From Amphiscolops sp. MND2022 (taxonomy: Eukaryota), in assembly GCA_964187785.1 (NCBI GenBank), contig OZ076409.1:20648001-20712000 (forward strand): a stretch of DNA of 64,000 nucleotides, written 5' to 3'. Below are positions 23,520 to 34,900 of the stretch, piece by piece; the stretch's first letter is position 1; every line of letters starts with the position of its first letter. Below the pieces are notes generated by a model. That model made no database searches. It saw nothing but the letters and a program-made list of their open reading frames with translations, and had not been told where the DNA came from. Made by a program: the position numbers and the translations under genes.

Positions 23520-26500
23520 TGTGGGATTTTTGACTTTTCACTAATGATTATGGTGTTTATTAAATTTTATTTCATCAGCAAGGTAGAAAATCCGGAGGTG
23601 ATATCGTATAAAAGTAAAGATTACAATAAGTACTTCAAGTACCTCGCACTATTATTAGATGTCAATAATATCGTATTTAGTCCCGCGGACAACCAAAAGA
23701 ATCATTCGTAGCTGCTATGAAGCGGCTGCACAACGTATTATTGCAGTAAGACGGCCGCCACCACCTAAACCTATGTAAGAAAATTCTAATCGAATTGAAA
23801 CTTTAACATTGAATTTCTCGATATCTATCGCAAATATATAAAAAGTAAACCAGCAAAATGTCCTTTTTTGACCTGACGACGTGTTGAGTAAAAATTTGGG
23901 AATTTTTGAGGAACGAGTTTCAAGAGAAATTGCACTAAAAGTCATAATTTACCGTGAACAGAAATGTAGTCAAATTGCTATGTTAATACGTGTATTTAAT
24001 TGAGGGTGAGCGAGAGTGAAACTTCGCTTTGTGTGCTATGAGCATATGAATACAGCTCACCAGAGCGTGTCAGAAAACAAAAGGAATGAAACTAGAACGC
24101 GCTGTGAGTGGCTGTACGCGTAGCTAATAAGAAAACGGCCGCCGCACACTTTGAATTAATCCCCCCTCTTAATAGAAATTAAAAATCAAAACCCGATTTT
24201 TCAAAGATGAAAAAAGATAACCACAAACAGTTTGCAGCATTCAACAGCCCGTCTGAAGGAAAACTTAGGTTGAGAATATGAGCTTCATGCAACAACGGGA
24301 ACATATTTGGGGGAAGCTTTGAAAATAAGTGCGTACAAAATTTTGACGATTTTCCAAAAATGAGTTTCCTTTAAAAATTTCGTGTGATCGCTACAGTTGT
24401 CAAAAAATGTTTGAATATAGCCTAATTTAAAAATAATTGCTTGTCCTACCTTGTGGTAAATGGAAAATAAATAATAACCAGTAGTTTTTGAGATTTGACC
24501 CAGCAAACGTTAAAAAAGGCCCTAAAATGGCCTAAATAGCCGTTTTTTGCGTGTTATCGCTCAGTACTCAACGTAGAAGCGTACAATAGCCGCACCTTTT
24601 GCAGCGTACTTGTAAATTGAAGTGGAGGAGTGAATGAAACATTAAATAGAGTGCTGCGGCGCGCTAGCGAGAAACCCCCAAGAATTGAAAGTAGAGAATT
24701 TTTGTTGTCAGTACTGAAATCGACTTACCAAAATGCTAACCCCCTCCGCACGTTTTGGGCGATATCGAGCTCAACCTTTCAAGATAGACGCACAAGAGTC
24801 AGACGCACAGCGTTTAGAAGGAACGTTTTTCCGAAAAATGACCTGGTGTTGAGATATTGACCTCTAAAATTGGAGGTCAGGTCACGAAAATTCGAAAAAC
24901 AACCCCTTTCAGAAAAAGCGTCATCAAATTTTGTTGACACAAGCTAGAGACCTCATCTAAAAAGCAAAATACTTTTAATGGCTTGGGCTAACGATGTATA
25001 TAAGCTCCAGTCTGTATCTTTCAAATTGACTGAGTATGAGCCCTCCAAAGTTGAGATTTGCGTAGAAATCAAAAAGTGATTTTCGACTACCAAACTTCAA
25101 GTGCGTTTTTCACCATGAAGGAGTTGAAATAGAAAGTTGATTATAATGTCAGCTTTTGTAGCCCTTAAAAAGTTTTTTCAAATAGTCTACTTGGTTTTAT
25201 TCCCCGGGATCAAAACACCTAGTTTTTGCCCTTCAAAATTGTACCACGAAAGTCGACTTCTTAACATATGAATTAAAATCGCCTTTTAGGTCATTGTAAA
25301 ATGTTGGAAATTCTTTCCTTCAGCCATATTTTGCTGAAGAGAGTTCTCAGGGACTGTGTGGGAAAAACAGGCCGGGCAAAAAGTGCAATTGTCAAGCAAC
25401 AAGCCGAAGTTCACGTAGTGCTTAAAAAAGTGGGAATAATTGAGTCAGTAACACCTCCCCTAAATCTTATTGAAAACGAAGAAAAAAACACTAATCATGA
25501 TTGACAAGAAGGTGGAATCAGGACTGAGTCGTGCTGAGAAATAGTACTTCTGATGAACTTTTGGTACCGAAGTAGGAAAAAGTGTATTGCTCAACACATA
25601 GTCAGGCTCCTAAAAAGGAAAGATGATGACTTATGAAAAATGATATGAATAAACCGCCGAAAAAGTAACTTTGGCCGAGGTGTGCGCTATTTTAGCGACA
25701 CACAAAGTGAGTTGAAATCTGGAAAACGGTTTGCTGCTTTGGTGTCCGATAGCATCCCACATCAGACGCCGGAAATTGCAGATTTACTACGACTAGCCGG
25801 TTTGCCCGTGCCGTCAGCCTAACAACCTGATGCAGCCTGATATATTGCTACCCCGCTTTTCGCTAGTACGGATTTTGACCCGGGAGTAGGGTGGACTGTA
25901 TGTCTATCGTATTACATGTAAAATAGCCTAAGTGGGCTGATAATACACGGTTGAGCCTAAGTGGGCTGATAATACACGGTTGAGCATAAGTGGGCTGATA
26001 ATACACGGTTTAAGCCTAAGTGGGCTGATAATACACGGTTTAAGCCTAAGTGGGCTAATAATACACGGTTTAAGCCTAAGTGGGCTGATAATACACGGTT
26101 GAGCCTAAGTGGGCTGATAATACACGGATTTTGTTTTCACTCCAAGACCGATAGAGATTTTGCGGCGAGTCGATTCTTTCGATATCTTCGATATCACCTC
26201 CATCCTCACGGATACAAAACTTAACCTTGCCGAAACCCTTGTTTTTTTGTTTTCTTGTGTTATATGCCTCCTAATATACTCCGTAATATTCTCCGCTATT
26301 ATCGATGTTATCATATTATTCATTCTATTATTCGTGGATGTGAAATTGTAATTGTGTCTATTAATCGACTTATTTATTTGTTGTGTATTAATTAAAGTTC
26401 AACCTGCTTCTTTTCATCAGCGAAAAGATAACCTAAACACAGCTCAAGTGTAGCGTGACAAACCCCGTGAAAGACGGTATAATAACAAAGTTGCGAAGAT

Positions 26501-26582
26501 CGTGATTTCCTTGTCACACTTACCCCCACCGCCTTCGATTAAGTTGATTCGTCTCTTCTTCGGAGTAAAAATAAATTTATGT
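23520..26582 (+). repeat. Gypsy-2 3' LTR (~3.06 kb, last ~40 bp missing)
   Basis: Starts TGTGGGATTTTTGAC right after the PPT. Homology ends at ATAAATTTATGT. Carries ~140 bp (about 24990-25130) absent from the 5' copy. Confidence 0.88.
25925..26129 (+). repeat. 29/30-bp tandem array in Gypsy-2 3' LTR (7 units)
   Basis: Same unit as at 15235-15467. Confidence 0.95.
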
Positions 26583-26639
26583 AGATACTCAGTCAGTCCT
26601 TGTCTCGTGCATGGTACCTACGGGTTTAATTGAGTTGTA

Positions 26640-27150
26640 GTGGAGCTATTCTCAACAAATAGTTAAAGCTACTGGAAATTTCAAAAATCTTACATCAAAG
26701 AAATTGCAGAACCAAATTGCGCAAGGAAACAATGGAAATGTGCTCAAACGAATCGGGTCGACTGCGTCAAAATGAAATACTGTGGCCAAGAACAACTATT
26801 GAAAGCAAACTTACTGAAGACACATCAGAAACGTCTCAAGTAGCTACTTTGATGCAATTTGACCGATTTAGTTCTTGGAGAAAGCTGATGAATCCGCCGG
26901 CAGAATGCTTGACGAAAAATCAATTTCTTTGGAGGAAAATAAAAACAAAGAGCGAATCTTTTTCCAACTCGGTCAAAAAGAAGAGTTTGCCGCGGATTAT
27001 GAGTGTTTGACCGCTTAAAGGAGTGATCCTGCACAACTTTGTACCATTTATTGACAACGATTGTTTCGAGAGAGCTCGATTTGGTTTATCCAAAGCTGTT
27101 TTTAGAGTATGATACAAATTACCCTATCGTGCTGCTGTCGAAGGACATCT
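26640..27150 (+). pseudogene. Old BEL/Pao pol remnant (RH-IN linker)
   Basis: FDRFSSWRKL and FVPFIDND...RAR resemble the BEL motifs RFSSWxKL and LxPFIDxxGxLR; heavily decayed. Confidence 0.55.
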
Positions 27151-27199
27151 TGAAGTACAATTGATGACGTTGAAATTGACGACTGTTCGTAACTGTACT

Positions 27200-27950
27200 T
27201 TACTATCCTGATGCGAAATACAATGTCTTTCCATTGGGTTTTCTTTTCATAGAGGAATTTTTGTTACTAATCTAGCTAATGCTTTGAGATGAGTCGGGTT
27301 ATCGTTCGTTATAGTGACGCCAGTCCTAACGAATAGAATTTTGACCATTTCACTGCCAGGACAATTCTATGAATGATCTTTGCGGTCAAAGTCACAGCAT
27401 GTTTTTAGCTCATCTGCAATGAAACTCCATTCTAATCCTATAGCGGTAACATTCGGCAATTGACTGTCATACACAAACAACTGTTTCACGTTTCATATTC
27501 CCTTCGCATGCTTGAAACCATTTTTCTGCACGAGGGAAAACTAGTTCTCTTTCAAAGATTAAGATCTTCAAAAGAAAACAAGTAGTAGTCCTTTTAAAAA
27601 TTCTGTTTAACATTCCTTGAGGCAACTAGGAATTCTTCCTCATTTTCCGTGGTTGCTCTTAATATAGCAGAGTTGGCAAACATTGGAGCACCTTTAGCAG
27701 CAAATATTTGACAAGTATTCTCATAAGTTGCTATATTTCGTCAGATTGCTTTTCTCACCCAATAAAACGTAGACATTTCGCACCTTTCGAGGGACTCGAA
27801 CATGCAAGAACAGCTCCAGTGTCTCCACTCTCATCCCAATTGGCTTTTCACGGAATCGAAGAAGTATGTCAATAGGATTTGTTCCAGAAGAAAACACTTT
27901 TGTTCAAGGAGTGTCTTTCGAATGCAAGACCATGTGGTAAAATGAATCCT
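27200..27950 (-). pseudogene. Old BEL/Pao RT remnant
   Basis: Manual minus-strand translation gives DILLRFREKPIG, KCLRF, TYENTCQIFAAKGAPMFANSAI...VKQNF and IGLEW...DEL, which match BEL RT blocks; multiple stops and frameshifts. Confidence 0.7.
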
Positions 27951-28794
27951 AAACTCAATCGAGAATAAGTTGTTTACCAACAACTGACACCTTTTTACTG
28001 GTGCCATATAAACTGAATTCTAGATCTAGCGCTCAACTACACATTTAATTTCTGATCCAAATTTTTCCATCAGTTTTGAAGCCCAGCAGCTTCCCTGGGG
28101 TACCTTGTCTTCAATTGAAATTGCTGCTTTTTAGCTTTGTTTTTTTGCTAAGCTTCGCTTTCAGGATTTTCATACTTCATCCAAGCAACCCGAAATAATC
28201 ACTGCCAATGCGCTTTTTGTTTTGTCAAGCTCAATGAATTCACAAAAGACAGTGTTTCACTACAATATTAATCAACTAAGAGATCATAAATTTTAACAGA
28301 AACGTCATTTAAGAGTTCAGTTTTTCCTACCTTCATGTTTCATAACTGAATAGTTTTGCAAACTTTTCAACAAATATTCAGTAAAGTTGCATTCTTACTT
28401 CTTTGATGAATCAAATAGGAGTTCTAAGATTTCATGGGTGTTGCATTTATTTTTGACAAAGCGTGTGTATCGTTTAATAGCATGATAACTACGATAAATT
28501 TACACTAGTTTTTCGTGCATTGCTGAATTTGTACTTTATATTCAAGGACTCAAGTTTTTGAAGAGAGTTCTTCAGTCAATTTCTGAACAATTTTTTTGTC
28601 GCAGCGTGAATATGACGCATTAATGTTCAAATGCATGTATTAAACTATTTATGGCCAAACTCTCAGAGACATGAAAACAATTCTACTGATAATTCTGAAA
28701 GGTTTTGAAATGTTTTAAAACCTGCTGATTTACCTGCTAAAAACTCTTGAAAGTATGAACACAGTTTTGGTACAATATTTCTGAAGTACCAGTC

Positions 28795-28975
28795 ATGTTT
28801 GACTCTCTCTTGAAATCTGTCAAAAACAGAAAATGTCTCAAAACTTGCAGAACAACCGATCGCTTCAATTTTATGTTCACACCTGTGCTTTTCTTGTTTA
28901 TTAGTTCTTTTTCCTCTTTGGGACAACCCATAATTGGAGATCCCATTGATTGTTGGACACCTGAATACTTCAAAG
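28795..28975 (+). CDS. inx: Innexin exon 1
   Basis: MFDSLL...DRFNF..TM1..GDPIDCWTPEYFK; donor G|GTATG. Confidence 0.9.
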
Positions 28976-31900
28976 GTATGTTGGGTAAAATCATATCATT
29001 TTCCATGATTATCCATATATTCCCAATATTTCCCGATTTTGTTGAACACACAGCTTTGATATCGGGTATTGCTTTGATTGACTTAATTTTCCTCTTGTCA
29101 TGAAAAAATGTGAAATTCAAGTTGAGCCATTTCAGATACCGTCTTTAGCTTTCAACGTCAAATATTCTCATCAGCTTTTCCCAGAAGACAAAATTGAACA
29201 GTTATCATTAGGGAACGCCGAAGGATTTGTTTTCACTTGATCAAGTTGAGTTGATACACCATACTCCTCAAGCATCTAAACACACTGTCGAAGTTGACAG
29301 AAAGTAAACATCAATCTTTTCTTCAATATTTTTCCTCTTGTCTTTCGGAGACCTTCGATGACCTTTAGTGATGATAATGTTTGCTGTTTTAGGTCAATGG
29401 ATCCAGTTTGTAGACAATGTGTGTTGGATGAAGAGCACGTACTACTTGCCTTTCAACGTCAGCGTGGAACAGGGCAGAGAGAACAGCTCTGATCGCGAAA
29501 TACGCTACTATCAGTGGATACCCATCATATTCGGTTAGTAACCTGCATTTGACCTAAAACATAAAACCATTGTACCATCGCTAAGAAGTCGAAAGTCTTG
29601 AGCAAGTCTGTTTGAAACCACAGCCTCAAGTCGCCCATTGTTTGCCCACATGGCTGCAATTATGGTACCATAGCTTGCTATGTAGAGATAGTATCCAAAA
29701 GAGCACCCACGTAGAAAAGCAGAACTGCTTATTCGGCGTCCACGACGCGGAATTGGGGTAATGAACTAACCTAAAGTGAAAACATTGGTGAATCTACTGG
29801 CGTTGAAAGAAAAGTTAACCACGTATTGAGATTGTGTTCGATCCTTAGATGGGCATTAATTTCTCATTGCAGTTTTTTCTAAGGGCTTCAATTAAAACCA
29901 GTCAAGTGGCCCCTCAGGAGACATCCAGGACTATCTTGCGTCTTCTGGCTCTTCTGGCCCTTAAAGAACTTGGGTTCTTGTTTCATCTGAGATGGCCTAA
30001 ACTATGTTTTAACGAGACGGGAACGCAAAGGCTTTAACATGGACTCTGTTAGTTTTTGAGTGAAATATCTGAAATATAGGAGTACCAAAAATACTCAAAT
30101 GAAGCCTTTCTTGCTCAAAAACGCTTTTCTATAACTGATAATATCAAAGAATAACCAAGTTGATGATTTTTTCCCAAACAACTCGCAGTGTCGATATAAC
30201 TGAAGGGGGCCCTTAACGCTCTCGAAACGTATTGCCCCAACTAGAAACATGAAAAAAATGAAGGGGAACCCTTCGATGAAAACAAATTCCAAAACAGTTG
30301 CACAGCGCCGAAAACTCACTTTCAGGGGGACTCTTTCGTCTCAAGTAATTTCGAGGTGAATTCTATGAAAAAATTAAAGGAACACCTTTCAGCATTCGTG
30401 GGCTCCTTAAGTACCATTGCTAACATGGGCGTTAAACTAGGTAAAAAGTGGACCATTCAGTGTGACATCAGTGTGTCTTACAACAAGAGGAGAACGTCTA
30501 AAGTCGGCGCAATATATAAGGCTCAAAAAGCGCAAAACATTTTTTTTGAAAATGTTGCTTAGTGCCGAAATTTGTAAAAGGGATTTATTAACGTACATTC
30601 AGTTGCAAAATATCAAAAATGCGGTTGAAATGCGAAAAGAAGGGACACTTTGCGATGTGCTGCCAAACTCGAGGTGCAGGAACATTTGCCAAAAATAGAA
30701 AGCTGGCCAAACCACCACAAAGAATACAACGCATAGACGAATGGGACGAAAGCAGCAAACACAATGAATCAATATTAGTCGATGATAAAGTGGTATTAAA
30801 CATACATGGAGATGAAAACGGACAAAATACAATGACACGAAAAATAATAGGAAATCCATTTCAAACAATGATTGACTCCGGATGACCGGTCACTATTTTC
30901 GAAATAGACGATATAGAAGAAATAATGAGACGGAAAACATTATTCATACGTGAACTACCAAACGACGAAGAGTATGTTGACTTCAATAGACAAAAACTGA
31001 ATTTACTGGGATACGTCTTTTGTCAACTCGAAGTTGGAAACAGCAAACTCCAAAAAGCGAGGATTCTGGTAGCTGAGAAAGAAGCAAAGTCACTGATTGG
31101 ACGAGACTGGTTGAACGCCTTCAATTACAAAGTCATGTCACCCAATCAGACAGAAGTTAAAAATGCTTTTTACAGAATCAACGCAAAATTGGAACATCCG
31201 AACGAAACAAACAAACCAGGTGAAGTGGAAAAAGAAAGTAAAATCGATAGAAAAAACGATAATACCGAACAACCAGAATTAAAAGAATAATATAAAGAAC
31301 TATTTACAAGACAGGGAAGATTAAAAGGCCACGAAGTAAAAATTGAATTCGAACAAAACGCAAATGTGAGCCAACAAAAGGGTAAAAGAATACCCATACA
31401 GTTACAAGAAGCTGTACAAAAAGAAATCGAAAGGTTGTTAAAAGAAGGGAAACATAGTGAAGGTAACAAGAGTAACAGATAAAGAATTCATGCAACCCGT
31501 CCGTAGTTATAGCTGTGAAACGCGACAAAAGTGTGAAAATTGCACTCGACGCAAGAGCAATAAATAACGAATTAGTGAAAGTAAATACTAAATGCCGAAC
31601 CCTGAGCACTTAGTAGATATGGTGGCAGAACAGCTTGACCAACGCGAAAGGGGAATGGCGTTGTATACGTCCTTAGATATGTGTTACGCATATGGATAAA
31701 TTCCACCAGATAAAGAAACGGCGAAACAATGCAATTTCCAGATAATAAGTGAAAAAACGACAAGAACACACAGATTCATCACAGAATTATTTGGATTGAC
31801 CATAATGCCCACAGAATTTCAAAGGGTAACGGATAAAGAATTATCCAACATCCCTTACATTTACGTGCTTTTAGACGACATACTCATCGGAACAAGCGGA

Positions 31901-34900
31901 ACAAGGAAGAACCATTACCAAGCAGTCAGGAAGTTAATGGAAAAATAAAACAAATTGAACGTCCGACTAAAATGGGAAAAGTTCACAAAAGAAGAATTTG
32001 AATTGTTAGGATACAAATTAACCGGAACCGGAAAAATAAACTCCAAGATACAAGCAAAAACAGAGAAATTGAAGCCGAAGAGTCTGAAAGACTTGAGATC
32101 GTATCTGGGAGCAGTCAACAAGATGAACAGGTTAATACCTAATTTGATTCAAATATGCTAGAAATTACGCTATTAAAGAAAGACCAAACATAGAACTGGA
32201 ACGAAACAGACGACAAAGCGTTTGAAGAAATTAATAAACATATACAAAAGGTGGTAGAAGTTGGCCGTTCCAAGAAAAGTGCACCAATAAGAAAAAATTG
32301 TGACATCAGTAAAGCAGGTTTAGGCGCGATACTACAGCAACAAGACGAAATAGGATGGAGACCAATCCTCTTCGCTTCCAGATTTTCAACACCATTAGAT
32401 GATAAGTACTTCATGAACGAATTGGAACTACTCGCATTAGTCTGGGCCGTGGAACATTTTAATAACTACCTATACGGAATAAAATTCCAAAGTGTATCAG
32501 ATCACAAAGCACTAGCTACATTGCTAAGAGGAAACTAAAACAATAAGTCGTACTCCAGCAGACTAACTCGATGGGTAGACTGACTACTAACATTTGATTT
32601 TGAAGTTTTCCATGCCCCAGGAAGAACAGTTGGCATTGCAGACTATTTGTCTAGACATCCATCAACATTAAGAGCAGCCGAATTATGGAACAACTGGTTT
32701 ACAGTGAATCATGTAAATAACGTAAATAGCGTTTCAGCAAAAAAAAATCAGCGGATCAATCAGGGGACGACAGTGGACTAAATTCAACAGAGCGACGAAC
32801 GAAGCAAAAGTGCACAGACTGTAAATTCACGTGAACAATCACACGCGATGGGACAAAACAATTCAACGACTGCCTTAACAGGTACAAAAATTCAACCGAA
32901 ATTAAAATTAGCCGAACAAATTGGAGAAGATATGTTGATAGCAAGCCATAAAGATGATGAACAACTAGCAGAAAATTATTAAACTTCTAAAAAATCCAAC
33001 AAAGGCAAAACTTAAAGCCTTGGACAGCCCATGGCGCGAACCATTTTCCTCATTATCCATTAATGAGAGTGAATTACTACATCTAGACAACAGATTAGTA
33101 ATCCCAAAAATCCTAAAAACGCCGATAAAAATTTCGCTACACTGAGGACACCCAGGACGGAATCAAATTAAGACGGAGACAATTAACCGATATATGGTGG
33201 CCCAAAATGCATCGAGATATTATTTTACTGACGAAGACATGTCAAGAATGCCAAGAAACAGGTAAGTCAATAAAGACAGTTTTAAAACAAAAACATTTCG
33301 GGAAAGTACCAATACCAGACAAAATAGATGACGAATTAGCAATAAAGTTCGCAGGCCCATTTAAATTAGCGAGAAGCCTAAAAAGATATTTAATCGTATC
33401 AGTAGATAGGAAAAGTGGATGGCCTGACACAAAATTTTTGAGGGCCCCCACAGCAAAAACCATAATAGAATTCCTTAAAAGATGTATCGGAGACACCGGT
33501 ATCCGTAAACAAATCCGTACGGACCCCGGAACAGCATTTACTAGTACGAATGTTAAAAACTTCTGTGAAAAATGTTTTATCAAACAAATAAAATGTCCAA
33601 TAACAGACCACAGAGGCAACGGAAAAGTCAAATGATTATTACGAACGATAAACGAAAGACTGCGTACAAACAAGAAAATAGTACTAGAAAGAGATAACAC
33701 CGGCTAATCCAAAATACTATACGCACTGAGAAGCGCCCCAAGACAAAATAAATTATCACCAGCGCAACTACCGAAGGCAGAAAACTAAATACCAAAAAAG
33801 ACACTATAACTACAAAACCAAAAAACTACATTGTTCCAAAACCCGAAGGAGAAATCGAATTGGAGATGAGTGACTTTCCTGCTGACAAGCATTCAGAAAT
33901 ACGCGTCCGAGAACGCGCCAGGGGCTGCAAACTGGAAAGCCTGTACAAAAGACGAAAGGAAATTATTACCAAGGAGACGCCACACACAATCGAACTAAAC
34001 AAAAACAACAAGAAATCCACAACGGTACTCAGCAAACGTGAAATAGTACGACCACGAAGTTGCAACACGTAAAATAGTGAAAGACCAAATTCAAGTGAAG
34101 CAACAAAACAACCACAACTGGAAAGTTCAACAACAAGAAGCAGCCAACCAACAAAATCGAAGAAACAAAAGAACAAAACTTTACCAAAATAACTTCACCG
34201 ATTGAAAAACTGGTAACAACTAATGGAAGATGAAACCGATGAAAAAACCCAAAAACAAGCAATACGACGACAAAAAGATCAAGCAATAAAGCCGCAATTG
34301 CTTGGGGAAAAACCTAAAGAAGAGCCACGAGAGAGGGAAGAGAGTAGTGATGATGAAAAACTATCAAATAAAGAGCGACCAAAATGAAACAGAAACGACC
34401 CAACATTCTACGGCAACCCCGTCATGATATCTGGAGTAGAAAAGGACCAAGAGGCCCCAACAATCATCTATTTGTCAAGCGATGAAAACTAAAACTACAT
34501 AAAACTACAAGAAAAACAACGGCCGAACAAAGATTATTTTCCAATTATCAGTAATCAAAGACCAGAGCTAGCCCAGAGTTAAGCCAAGAATCAAAAAGGG
34601 AGAATGTGACGTGGCAGAAAGAGAACAGTGAAAGCAAAGAATCAATTAAATTAGAATAAACTGACAGATGACAAGCGCGATAAGTGAACAGTATGGTTAT
34701 GTGTATGTTTGTATTTGTTTCTACTTTGTTATATTTGCCAATTTAGTAGATATTTGCCAATTTATTACCGGTGAAATCACATACCATCTTGAAAGAAGTC
34801 AGCGCATTTCACTATATGTTCTTATCTGCGAATAATAGATTCTTGCATTTCTCTTGCTTTTCCCCAATAAATTCAATTGATCAGTACAGAACAAATTACC

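Larger units (their letters stand above)
12976..26582 (+). mobile_element. Ty3/Gypsy LTR retrotransposon (Gypsy-2) with ~3-kb LTRs and a macrodomain in Pol; decayed
   Basis: Direct repeats at 12976-15958 and 23520-26582. PPT GGGGGGGAA at 23511-23519; TGGTAG PBS-like motif at 15961. Internal gag-PR-RT-RH-macro-IN with many stops and frameshifts. Confidence 0.92.

Noticed and set aside
12976..26582. Segmental duplication explaining the 3-kb direct repeats
   Set aside because: The TG start, PPT, PBS-like motif and enclosed gag-pol identify them as LTRs.
28976..29103. 3' part of ORF 28795-29103
   Set aside because: Intron 1 read-through; innexin homology continues at 29393.
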